64,000 nt of DNA from Candidatus Microgenomates bacterium (GTDB lineage Bacteria > Patescibacteriota > Microgenomatia > UBA8517). The DNA lies in NCBI GenBank assembly GCA_049519355.1, contig JBEKQV010000002.1, positions 131,479 through 195,478 of the forward strand, written 5' to 3'. Both the position numbers and the translations under genes were made by a program. Below are positions 10,311-19,401 of this stretch, in pieces. The stretch's first letter is position 1; every line of letters begins with the position of its first letter. The notes under the pieces are model-generated. The model had not been told where the DNA came from, ran no database searches, and worked only from the letters and a program-made list of their open reading frames with translations.

Positions 10311-11601
10311 TGTGAAGTAAGGATTGTACAGCTTTTTTAAACTGGTTTCCCCTATCTTTATAATTCTTAAACATATCAAAACTTGCGGCGGCAGGGGAAA
10401 GTATTACCACTCCCCCTTTAGGAGTAACTTCATAAGATTTTTTAACAATCTCTGGCATCGCCACGTAACCCAAGTGAATTATATTTTTCCCGATTATTCC
10501 CTCCCCGATTTTTTCACCGATTGCACCGATTAAAATTAGATTCTTAACATTTTCTTTTTTCTCAATTACCATTCTCAATTCCCGAAAATTCAACCCCTTA
10601 TCACTCCCACCCAAAATCAAAGTTTCAGGTTCGGTAAAAGATTTAATTGCGGCAATTGTCGGTTGAGGTCCTGTAGCAAATGAATCGTTGTAATATTTAA
10701 CTCCGTCAACCTCATCAACCAGTTCCAACCTATGTTCCAAACCCTTGAAGGATCTAACGACCTGTAAAATTTTCTCTTTGGGAACTTCAAGAATTTTCGC
10801 TACGGCTACCGCAGCAGCTATATTTTCAAGATTATGTTCCCCGCGCAAAAGTAATTTTTCCTTAAACTCCTGTTCAAGAGAAATTTTTGAAAAATATACA
10901 ACTTCACCTTTAGTAAGGCCTGCAAAACTTCTCGGGGTTTCGTATTCTTCGTTGATAACGGCGAAATCTCCCCGTTTTTGATGACTTACAATATTTTTCT
11001 TTGCATTTACATATTCTTCCCTGTCTTTATGCCAATCAAGATGATCAACCGTAATATTTAGTACAACCGCAATGTGGGGGCTAACATCCATGTCGATTAG
11101 CTGAAATGAAGACATTTCCATAATCACCAAAGAGCCACTAGTCAATTTCGGCAATAGTTCCAAATAGGGTTTACCTATGTTTCCGCTCAAATAGACATCC
11201 CGTCTATCCGCTTTCAAAATCTCACAAATTAATGTTGACGTTGTTCCTTTACCTTTAGTTCCCGTTACGCCAATTATTTGTGCCGGACATTTGTCAAAAA
11301 ATATTTTTATTGCTGAAGTTACGATAACACCAGCTTTTTGGGCATCTACTATTTCGGAACTGTAGCGGTAAACCCCAGGGGACCTGACGATGCAATCAAA
11401 ACCGGTTAAACCCCTGCTTAAATAGTTTTCTCCAGTAAATATTTCAATCTCTTTCTTTTCAATTCCCGAAAAATCCAACTCTCCCTCTTCTTTCCTATCA
11501 AAAAGTGTAACTTTTGCCCCCTGGGAAAGAAGAAACTTAAGCGCGTCTTTTCCTTCAATTCCCAATCCCAAAACCGCAATTTTTTTGTTTGCAAAATCCA
11601 T
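10300..11601 (-). CDS. murD: MurD D-glutamate ligase
   Basis: GLGIEG, SPGV, GVTGTKGKGTT, EMSSFQL, DHLDWH, HRLE, LSPAAASFDMF. Confidence 0.97.
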   Translation of the reverse strand: MDFANKKIAVLGLGIEGKDALKFLLSQGAKVTLFDRKEEGELDFSGIEKKEIEIFTGENYLSRGLTGFDCIVRSPGVYRYSSEIVDAQKAGVIVTSAIKIFFDKCPAQIIGVTGTKGKGTTSTLICEILKADRRDVYLSGNIGKPYLELLPKLTSGSLVIMEMSSFQLIDMDVSPHIAVVLNITVDHLDWHKDREEYVNAKKNIVSHQKRGDFAVINEEYETPRSFAGLTKGEVVYFSKISLEQEFKEKLLLRGEHNLENIAAAVAVAKILEVPKEKILQVVRSFKGLEHRLELVDEVDGVKYYNDSFATGPQPTIAAIKSFTEPETLILGGSDKGLNFRELRMVIEKKENVKNLILIGAIGEKIGEGIIGKNIIHLGYVAMPEIVKKSYEVTPKGGVVILSPAAASFDMFKNYKDRGNQFKKAVQSLLHNGK

Positions 11602-11603
11602 TT

Positions 11604-12605
11604 TTAAAAATTTATCATTTGGACTTCGGGCTCAAGCCTTAATCCAAACATCTTGTCTACATCCTCAACAATCTTATTTGAAAGTTTAATCACATCGCTA
11701 GCTTTTGCATTTCCGCTTTTGTTTATTATTATCAATGCATGTTTAGGTGAAACACCAACACTTCCAAGGTTTTTTCCTTTCCAACCCGCATTTTCGATAA
11801 GGAAGCCGCTAAATACCTTATATTTTTCTCCGAAGGGAAAAATCTTAATACCGGGAAAATCCTTCTCCAGTTGCTCCTTTTTATTTTTATCGACAATAGG
11901 ATTTTTGAAAAACGAACCCGCATTTCCCACTATATTAGGATCCTCCAATCGTTCTTTTCGAACTGCTAAAATCGCGTTGCGGACATCCAAAAGGCTTGGA
12001 TTTTCTTTTACTCTACCGTTCAATGATTCGTAATTAACAGTCGGTTTACCATTTTTGTGAAGTCTCAGGGTAATATCCGTAATTAAATATTTCTGCCAAT
12101 GTGATTTCTGTTTAAAAATACTCTCCCTGTAGCCAAACCCACAATCTTCTTTGTTAAATTTAACAAAATTTTCTTTCGTGATATCAAACGCATTTAAACT
12201 TTCAAAAGTATCTTTAAGCTCCTGTCCGTATGCTCCGATATTTTGAATAGGAGCCGCCCCGACAGTTCCGGGAATTCCGGAAAGACACTCTATTCCCTGA
12301 AAATTATTTTTTACAGAATATTCAACCAACTTATCCCAACTCATTCCCGCTTCGGCGGTGATAGAATCGCCCGAAATCGATACTCCTGTTCCTGTAAATT
12401 TAATTACTAATCCATCATAAAGTTTATCGCTCACCAAAAAGTCACTCCCTCCACCAATAATAAAAACTTTCAAATGATTAGACTTTGCAAAACAAACAAT
12501 CTCCTCAATTTCTTTCTTGCCCTTCACTTCCGCATAATATTTAATCTTTCCACCGATTCGAAAAGTTGTAAGGTTTTTAAAATATTTATTTTGAAGAATC
12601 TTCAT
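11604..12605 (-). CDS. murB: MurB UDP-MurNAc dehydrogenase (start moved to ATG 12605, ATGA overlap with murC)
   Basis: TTFRIGG, GGGSDF, GIPGTVGAAPIQNIGAYG, FGYRES, GSFFKNP, LEPEV. Confidence 0.96.
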   Translation of the reverse strand: MKILQNKYFKNLTTFRIGGKIKYYAEVKGKKEIEEIVCFAKSNHLKVFIIGGGSDFLVSDKLYDGLVIKFTGTGVSISGDSITAEAGMSWDKLVEYSVKNNFQGIECLSGIPGTVGAAPIQNIGAYGQELKDTFESLNAFDITKENFVKFNKEDCGFGYRESIFKQKSHWQKYLITDITLRLHKNGKPTVNYESLNGRVKENPSLLDVRNAILAVRKERLEDPNIVGNAGSFFKNPIVDKNKKEQLEKDFPGIKIFPFGEKYKVFSGFLIENAGWKGKNLGSVGVSPKHALIIINKSGNAKASDVIKLSNKIVEDVDKMFGLRLEPEVQMINF

Positions 12606-13888
12606 ATTAATTTTGTTACTTCCCTCGCCCACAAATAACTTTTGCCCGCCCCCATTACTAAGATAACATCCCCGCTATTAATTTCTTTCTTGATAATACT
12701 TTTTATTTCTTCAAACGAATTATATCCTTTTGCATCCGGATGATGTGATTTTTCGGCAACGATTTGTGGAGTCATACCGAAAGTTTTCTGATCTCTAGCC
12801 TGAAAAATTGGTCCGATTAAAACTTTATCAGCATCTTTAAAAGCATTTTTATAATTATCCAATAATTTTGCGGTCCTTGCGTAACCATGCGGCTCGTCAA
12901 TTACCCAGATCTTTGCATTCGGGTAAAGTCCTCTTAACCCCTCAAGAGTTGCGGCAATTGCAGTCGGGTGGTGGGCATAATCATCGTAAACTTTTATTCC
13001 TTTTTTATCTGCAATTAATTCCATCCTTCTTCCAATTCCCCCAAATGTGGAAAATGATTTCCTAATCACACTTTCATCAATTCCCAAAAGTTTTCCTAGA
13101 GCAACAACTCCAAGTGCATTTGAAATATTATGCTTTCCGGAAATTGCCAAGTTAAAACCTAATTTTTGACTTTTTTGCGAGTATTTAATAATTCTCAAAT
13201 CACTTTTATCATCAATCGAACCAAGTAATTTATTAATCCCTTCCGAATCCCCGTTTACGATTAGTATTTTCATTCCGGTTAGTCTTCCGACAAATTTTTT
13301 GAAACTTTCGAAAACTTCTTTTTCGGATTTAAAAAAATCGGGGTGATCAAACTCAATATTATTTAGAATAATTATTTCCGGGGAATAGTTTAAGAAATTA
13401 TTATTAAATTCATCCGCCTCGACAACAAAATATTCGCCATTTCCGTATCGCGAATTTCCATCCCATTCGTGAACCGTTGCTCCCACAATCACCATCGGAT
13501 CCAAGGCCGCATCCGCAAGAAGTTTTCCGACCATGGCGGTTGTAGTAGACTTTCCGTGAGTTCCAGCTACACAAATCATCTTTTTGCCCTTTGCCAAATA
13601 TTTTCCTAAAAACTCCTGCCATGTTATTGCTATTTTTCGTTTTTGGCCCTCGACAAGTTCGGAATTTTTTGCGTTTTGATAAAAAACCGCAGGGGTAACC
13701 ACCAATAAATCAGCTCCGTCTAAATGTTTGACGTCGTGGCCTTTGAAAATATTATCCGCATACGCAGTGCTTCCTTCCAAATCACAACCTGTAACGTGAT
13801 AGCCCATCTTGTCTGCCAACCTAGCAATTCCAGACATTCCGCTTCCTCCTATTCCCATGAAATGTATTTTTTGAATACTGTTATCCAT
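12602..13888 (-). CDS. murC: MurC L-alanine ligase
   Basis: GIGGSGMSG, AGTHGKSTT, EADE, DDYAHHPT, MGAG. Confidence 0.97.
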   Translation of the reverse strand: MDNSIQKIHFMGIGGSGMSGIARLADKMGYHVTGCDLEGSTAYADNIFKGHDVKHLDGADLLVVTPAVFYQNAKNSELVEGQKRKIAITWQEFLGKYLAKGKKMICVAGTHGKSTTTAMVGKLLADAALDPMVIVGATVHEWDGNSRYGNGEYFVVEADEFNNNFLNYSPEIIILNNIEFDHPDFFKSEKEVFESFKKFVGRLTGMKILIVNGDSEGINKLLGSIDDKSDLRIIKYSQKSQKLGFNLAISGKHNISNALGVVALGKLLGIDESVIRKSFSTFGGIGRRMELIADKKGIKVYDDYAHHPTAIAATLEGLRGLYPNAKIWVIDEPHGYARTAKLLDNYKNAFKDADKVLIGPIFQARDQKTFGMTPQIVAEKSHHPDAKGYNSFEEIKSIIKKEINSGDVILVMGAGKSYLWAREVTKLI

Positions 13889-15297
13889 TAATACAAAGTT
13901 CTAATGAAGTTTGTGACCTCAGAAATGTTGTTCGCTGTAAAATCAGGTTTAAAATCCGGATCTCGCGGTTTCAAGTTTTTATATACTCCCTGTTTTAGAT
14001 GGATAACAATCGAATTTGAAATCTGCTTTTTGAAACTCTCGAGATTAATAATTTTATCATCTACAACAATCTTTCTTCTGCCTTTATAAATTTTGCCGAT
14101 GGTATCAAGTTCTTCGGATTTGTGTTCAATGTGCTCAAACACAAACATTTCATCGATATATTTGGAAATCTTCAAATTTTTAATCTTCATCGGCTGATAG
14201 ACTAAATCCCCGTCTGTCAAAATCGCTATTTCGCCTTTCGGATCTATATATTCAATAAATTCATTCACCCCATCAAAAACAAATTTATTAAACGGAATTG
14301 TAAAAAACATATTTCTAATTTCCTCGGAAAATTCCGGCCTTTTAACCCTTTCGGCAAATGAATCACTAAACTCAGGAATGGAAACATACCCCAGCCGTTC
14401 GCGGCTGAGATCATATTCCTGCCAAAAAGTATCCAAAAGTTCTGGTTTAATAAGTTCTTTGACCAACTTCTGACTAACATATTTCTTAATAGCATCCGTA
14501 TCTAAAAGTGTATTGTCTATATCAAGAATAAAAACAGTAGGCCCTTTTTGCTTGATAAGCCTGACCAACATTTTCTCATTCGCCTCTTTAAGTTCCTGCT
14601 GATCATTTATTCCACGCCATTCATCTTTATTGTTCAATAAAAAGTTGTTCACTTTTTCTTTTGCATGCAAGGCAATCAATACTAAATCCGTAATGTAATA
14701 TTCTCCCGATGAGCTTTTTGGAACACTTCTAATGGCCGTGCGTAGCCATTCTTTATCAAAAATATAGCAGCCAACATTTACTTCTTTGATAAGCTTCTGC
14801 TCATCAGAGGCATCTTTTTCTTCGACAATCTGAACAACTTTGTTTCCATTGCGTATTACTCTCCCCAGCCCTCGAGGGGAATCGACAACTGTACTCATAA
14901 AACTCAATTTTGCAGATGAATCGTTATGGCTTTTTACAAACTGCCTGATCGTGGAGACCTCAAAAAAAGCAGAATCGTCGCCGTTAAAGACAATTACTTC
15001 CTTTACATCGTCCTTTATCTTTCCCAGGGCCAGTTCTGCAGCATTGGCGGTGCCCAACTGATCTTTTTGGTAAACATAATTTACATCCTCATTTCTGATG
15101 CTGCCCTTTACATCAGTCGCTTTGTACCCAATTACAACATAGGTGTCAGTAATAGGAATCTTTTTAATAAGCTCCAGGCAGTAATACAACATGGGTTTCC
15201 CCACAATCGGGTAGAGTGCTTTAGGAAGATGTTGACCTATCCTCGTTCCCTTTCCGGCAGCTAAAACAATTGCAGCTATTTTATGAATATTTTTCAT
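13888..15297 (-). CDS. Fusion of a GlmU-type uridyltransferase domain and a C-terminal HAD-superfamily domain
   Basis: N-terminal ~240 aa: LAAGKGTR, PKAL, QLGTA, IVEEKDA, EVNVG, GEYYITD (bacterial GlmU NT domain). C-terminal: FILDIDNTLLD (HAD motif I), ILTDGD, MKI, VVDDK. No hexapeptide beta-helix. Confidence 0.85.
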   Translation of the reverse strand: MKNIHKIAAIVLAAGKGTRIGQHLPKALYPIVGKPMLYYCLELIKKIPITDTYVVIGYKATDVKGSIRNEDVNYVYQKDQLGTANAAELALGKIKDDVKEVIVFNGDDSAFFEVSTIRQFVKSHNDSSAKLSFMSTVVDSPRGLGRVIRNGNKVVQIVEEKDASDEQKLIKEVNVGCYIFDKEWLRTAIRSVPKSSSGEYYITDLVLIALHAKEKVNNFLLNNKDEWRGINDQQELKEANEKMLVRLIKQKGPTVFILDIDNTLLDTDAIKKYVSQKLVKELIKPELLDTFWQEYDLSRERLGYVSIPEFSDSFAERVKRPEFSEEIRNMFFTIPFNKFVFDGVNEFIEYIDPKGEIAILTDGDLVYQPMKIKNLKISKYIDEMFVFEHIEHKSEELDTIGKIYKGRRKIVVDDKIINLESFKKQISNSIVIHLKQGVYKNLKPRDPDFKPDFTANNISEVTNFIRTLY

Positions 15298-15299
15298 AT

Positions 15300-16559
15300 T
15301 TATTGGATCAAACTTTTTTGTACAATTTCTTGCTCTACGTAAATGCGGGTTTTTCCAGGAACATTTTTTGTAACAATCGTTGATGGTCCAATAATAGAGT
15401 CGTTACCGATTATCACACCAGGCATAGTTGAAACATTTATACCAATTTTTACATTGTCACCAATCAAAACTCCGATTCTATCACTTCCGGTAAAAACTTT
15501 TTTATCTTTAACTTTGACTTCCACTAAGTCTCTATCAATCCTCTTATTACCAGTAATAAAACCGGCACCCACTCTTACAGAATCACCAATAATGGAGTCT
15601 CCAACAAAACCCGAATGAATGTGAGTACCCATTTCGATTATACTTCTGGTGCAGTCAACAAATCTTTCTATCTGAGTGTCCTCTTCCAGGATAGATCCTT
15701 CTCTTAGAATGCAATGTGCGCCAACTACAGAATTCTTCCCGATATAAACAGGCCCTTCAACTATCGCAAAATCAAGAATCCTTGCTCCGTCTTCAATAAT
15801 TACTTTACCCGTTAGCACCGACTTCTTTGATATCTCGGCTTTACCCGTTTTTTTAGCAGGTAGTTTTCCCAAAACATAATCTTTTATCGCAAATAAATCC
15901 CACGGATATTTTAACGGCATTACGGCTTCGCCGTTTCTAAATACTCTAACCTTCTCCTTTTTTAAAAATTTATCCAGAGCTGCCTCAAATTGATATTCAC
16001 TCTGTGGTTCATTCCGAAGGGTATCCATAAATCTTTTATTCAAAAAGTAGCAACCTGAAACCCTATCATTTGAAGGCTCTTCCCCTTTTGCAGGTTTTTC
16101 AACAATTCCCGTCGGGTTATGACCCCTATCAAAGGACAAAATTCCATATTCCCAGGGTTTATCTGTTTTCTCAACCAATAAACCAACCGAAGGTATCTCG
16201 TTGTATTTCAATAAAAACGAATTGAAAATATTTTCATTTACAAAATGAGGAAAACCTAAAATGAAGTTCTCTTCAAGAAAATCTTCTGTCGAAAGCAAGG
16301 CGTTTCCCATCCCCAAAGCTTCTTTTTGGTAAACAATTTTTAAATTTAGATGTTTATACTCCTTAAGATACTCTATAAGAGTACCATCGCTTTCGGAAAC
16401 AACAACAACAACTTCGTCAACCTTAAGTTTTCTAATTCCGTCGAGAGTCCAACCGATTATTGGTTTTCCGCAAAGGCGGAACATCGACTTGTGTGCGCCG
16501 TTAAATGGAAAAAATCTTGATGAAACTCCTGCCGCTAAAAGAACTATTTGTTTCTTCAT
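15300..16559 (-). CDS. Archaeal-type bifunctional sugar-1-phosphate nucleotidyltransferase/acetyltransferase (GlmU-like, ST0452 type)
   Basis: LLAAGVSSRFFP, QKEALGMG, IVEKP, YPWDL, then hexapeptide repeats with HSGFVGDS, GAGFITGN, PGVIIG. Confidence 0.85.
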   Translation of the reverse strand: MKKQIVLLAAGVSSRFFPFNGAHKSMFRLCGKPIIGWTLDGIRKLKVDEVVVVVSESDGTLIEYLKEYKHLNLKIVYQKEALGMGNALLSTEDFLEENFILGFPHFVNENIFNSFLLKYNEIPSVGLLVEKTDKPWEYGILSFDRGHNPTGIVEKPAKGEEPSNDRVSGCYFLNKRFMDTLRNEPQSEYQFEAALDKFLKKEKVRVFRNGEAVMPLKYPWDLFAIKDYVLGKLPAKKTGKAEISKKSVLTGKVIIEDGARILDFAIVEGPVYIGKNSVVGAHCILREGSILEEDTQIERFVDCTRSIIEMGTHIHSGFVGDSIIGDSVRVGAGFITGNKRIDRDLVEVKVKDKKVFTGSDRIGVLIGDNVKIGINVSTMPGVIIGNDSIIGPSTIVTKNVPGKTRIYVEQEIVQKSLIQ

Positions 16560-17827
16560 ATATATTTTTCCACAATCTTACGGTCAGACCAAGGAACTTC
16601 GTGAGTTCCGTCTAAATTCATCGACTTTTCGTGTCCTTTCCCAAATATTCCCACTAAATCACCTTTTCTAGCAGACTCTATGGCAAATTTAATTGCTTCA
16701 TTTCTATCCAGAATCTCATAAATTTTAACACTTTTCTTCGTAACCCCGCTTTTTATCTGCACAATAATGTCCTCAGCCTTTTCACTCCGCGGGTCTTCAG
16801 CCGTTAAAATTAACTCGTCCGCAATTTCAGAGGCAACTTTTCCCATTTTAGGACGTTTATACGGATCTCTTTCACCCGCACTGCCGAAGACTGCAATGAG
16901 TTTCCCTGAAGTCTGGGTTTTCAAATATTTTAAAGCGGCCTCGAGAGATTCCGGAGTATGGGCAAAATCGATAAATATTTTTATCCCCAAGTCATTTTTA
17001 ATTTCCGTTAATCTTCCCTCTGGAAGTTTAAATGAATGCAAAGATTCCAAAGCGTCTTTACGGCTCACTCCGAAAAATTCCACGGCCTTAATGGCCGCTT
17101 CAACATCCAAATTGTTAAATTTTCCGGGAAGAATATCTATATTGGTTTCTTTCGGAGCAATAACTTTATTCTTTATGGAATTAATAAATGACATTTTAAC
17201 CCTTTTATATTCTCCAAAAGTTTTGTGATAATCCAAGTGTTCTGGAGCAATATTCGTCAATACCGCAACATCGAATTTTATTCCGGCAATTCTTTTCTGC
17301 TCAATTCCGTGTGAACTGACTTCTATTATTGCAAACTCAGAACCAAGTTCAACCATCTCGGCAAGAAGTTTATGCAAAGATACCACGTCTGGACTTGTGA
17401 CATGGAAACCTGTATTTATCTCTTTATCGCCTATTTTCGCAGCAATCGAAGTTATAAGCCCTACCTTTTTTCCAAGCTTTATCAGAATATGATATATCAA
17501 ATAGCAAGTCGTGGTTTTTCCTTTGGTCCCGGTCACGCCGATTATTTTAAGTTTTTGCGAGGGCTTACCGTAAAACTCCGACGCGAGTGTTCCCAAAACA
17601 TCTCTGGAATCGGCTACTCTAATATAATTGACGCTGAGGCGCAGTTCTTTTTCTCCAACTACAACTTTTGCTCCATTTTTTACTGCTTGGGGAATAAAAT
17701 CGTGACCGTCTGAAGTCAAGCCAGGGACTGCCACAAAAATGAATCCTTCCCGAACCAGTCTCGAGTCTGCGGTCACCCCCTTATAAGCTCCGATATTTCG
17801 CACAAGTTCCACTATGTTTTTGACCAT
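16556..17827 (-). CDS. murE: MurE tripeptide synthetase
   Basis: ADSR, DGHDF, GVTGTKGKTT, EVSSHG, EHLDYH, DFAHTP, GERD, EDPR, GKGHE. Confidence 0.96.
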   Translation of the reverse strand: MVKNIVELVRNIGAYKGVTADSRLVREGFIFVAVPGLTSDGHDFIPQAVKNGAKVVVGEKELRLSVNYIRVADSRDVLGTLASEFYGKPSQKLKIIGVTGTKGKTTTCYLIYHILIKLGKKVGLITSIAAKIGDKEINTGFHVTSPDVVSLHKLLAEMVELGSEFAIIEVSSHGIEQKRIAGIKFDVAVLTNIAPEHLDYHKTFGEYKRVKMSFINSIKNKVIAPKETNIDILPGKFNNLDVEAAIKAVEFFGVSRKDALESLHSFKLPEGRLTEIKNDLGIKIFIDFAHTPESLEAALKYLKTQTSGKLIAVFGSAGERDPYKRPKMGKVASEIADELILTAEDPRSEKAEDIIVQIKSGVTKKSVKIYEILDRNEAIKFAIESARKGDLVGIFGKGHEKSMNLDGTHEVPWSDRKIVEKYI

Positions 17828-17847
17828 CTGTGCTATATTATACCAAA
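17828..17847. promoter_or_regulatory. Overlapping bidirectional extended -10 promoter (murE and the HTH gene)
   Basis: Top strand TG-c-TATATT (17831-17839), 8 nt before ATG 17848; bottom strand TG-g-TATAAT (17845-17837), 9 nt before ATG 17827. Confidence 0.65.
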
Positions 17848-18441
17848 ATGAAGCTGGATAAACCGACTTTTGCAGTCAGTACCCGAGCGGATAATTTAGC
17901 CAAAGCTCTAAGGACATCGCAAAAGACAATTACAATTTGGGTTAGGGCCGGAAAATATAAAAACAGATTTCCGCTCCTTCGGACCACCGTCACATACAAT
18001 GCAAAATCAGTAATTGATGCTGGAAATTATCAGAAAAGGTTTATAGCAACACTCCCGGTTGCAAAGACACATACAAAATTATCCATTTTAAAAGAAATTT
18101 CAAACGATGAAATCCGGCAGCTTCTAGCTTTCACAAAAAGAGACAAAACAATAAGATCCTCGACTCACGATTTCGACAGTTTTAAAAGTAAGAAGTCGTT
18201 TTTATCGTGGAAAAAAAGAGGAAAGTACATTTACACCCTGATCAACAAAAACGGAAGACTAACTGGAATCGTCTGGTTCAATAAAGGGGTTCCCACAGTC
18301 AGAATTTATCCGCACTCTTCTAAAGCCAAAACACTTGCAAAGAAACTACTGGTTATTGTCTGTAAAGATTTTGAGAAAAATAACCGTAAACTAACCGTTT
18401 CGAAGAATCGTCTGGGCCAGGCTTTTAGAATTATGTCTTAA
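17848..18441 (+). CDS. Hypothetical protein: putative N-terminal MerR/Xis-like HTH plus degenerate GNAT-like domain
   Basis: LAKALRTSQKTITIWVRAGK resembles HTH_17/MerR; SWKKRGKYIYTLINKNGRLTGIVWF...VRIY...KAKTLA resembles a GNAT core. Start set at the ATG; 51-nt tail overlap with yvcK. Confidence 0.55.
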   Translation: MKLDKPTFAVSTRADNLAKALRTSQKTITIWVRAGKYKNRFPLLRTTVTYNAKSVIDAGNYQKRFIATLPVAKTHTKLSILKEISNDEIRQLLAFTKRDKTIRSSTHDFDSFKSKKSFLSWKKRGKYIYTLINKNGRLTGIVWFNKGVPTVRIYPHSSKAKTLAKKLLVIVCKDFEKNNRKLTVSKNRLGQAFRIMS

Positions 18442-19401
18442 AAGGTGATCTTTCTTCAAATATTCTCCCAAATTCGCTTTAATAATTTTAACTTTAGGCG
18501 AAAGTTTTTTACAAGCATCCTCGTCAATTTGTAAAATTTCCTGTCCCGCCTCTTTGTATAAACTAACGATTTCTTTTTCAAAACTCTGATTATTAGCAAT
18601 TAAATAATTAAGCCGTTTGTTATCGCCAAGGTAAAACAAAAACGCCTTTACATAATCCGAGGCTTTAAAATAATCCGTTTCACCTGCTTTGGTTGTTAAA
18701 TTAAGAACAAAATAAACTTTCGCATGAGACTTCCTAATCGCTTCCGAAACACCTTCTACAAGAAGGTGAGGCAAAATGCTTGTAAACAAATCCCCCGGTG
18801 CAAAAACTATCTTATCCGCTGCCGAAATTGCCTCTAATACTCTTGGATTGCTGTCCGCGTGAGTCCCAAAATAGATCCTTACAATTTCGTCGCTGGGATT
18901 AAAATCAGTCCTTTCCTTCCGCTTGTCAATATTTGTTTCACCATCAATTTCGATACCTTTTCTCGTAACTCCAACCAAATTCAGATCGGTTAAACTTGCA
19001 GGCAAAACTTGCCCTTTGATCCGGAAAAGTGCTCGTTCGGCATCCGTTCCTCTATCCTGACCATGGAAAATATGATCCAATCTGACTCCTATTAAATTCC
19101 CAAGTGAATGGCCTTTTAAAGGTCCTGTGACCTCCTTCAAACGATCGTCAAATAATCTTTGTGCAACCCGCTGTTGAGCATCATCTTCCATAAGGGCTAA
19201 AAGGCATGCCCGTATATCTCCGGGCGGTAAAACCCCAAGCTCTGTCCTTAAAACACCTGAGCTTCCTCCGCTGTCCCAGGTTCCAACAACTGCAGTAATA
19301 AGTGAGGTTTCGTTGAGCTTTTTTAGACCGTTCAGAAGTTGAAAATGGCCGGTTTTACCGCCAAAAGTCACTATCTTCTCGCGGTATTCATTATTTGCCA
19401 T
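18391..19401 (-). CDS. yvcK: YvcK/GlmR (UPF0052, CofD-like) UDP-GlcNAc-binding protein
   Basis: GGKTG, DSGGSSG, PPGDIR, GHSLGNL, APGDLFTSILP, NLTTKAGET, LRH. Confidence 0.9.
   Translation of the reverse strand: MANNEYREKIVTFGGKTGHFQLLNGLKKLNETSLITAVVGTWDSGGSSGVLRTELGVLPPGDIRACLLALMEDDAQQRVAQRLFDDRLKEVTGPLKGHSLGNLIGVRLDHIFHGQDRGTDAERALFRIKGQVLPASLTDLNLVGVTRKGIEIDGETNIDKRKERTDFNPSDEIVRIYFGTHADSNPRVLEAISAADKIVFAPGDLFTSILPHLLVEGVSEAIRKSHAKVYFVLNLTTKAGETDYFKASDYVKAFLFYLGDNKRLNYLIANNQSFEKEIVSLYKEAGQEILQIDEDACKKLSPKVKIIKANLGEYLKKDHLLRHNSKSLAQTILRNG

Noticed and set aside
10311-10379. Longer upstream starts in the ORF track (alr, murB, cupin, 46894, 48000, 54047, 55005, 57051)
   Set aside because: The extensions lie inside neighbouring genes; downstream ATGs give stop/start coupling or match family N-termini
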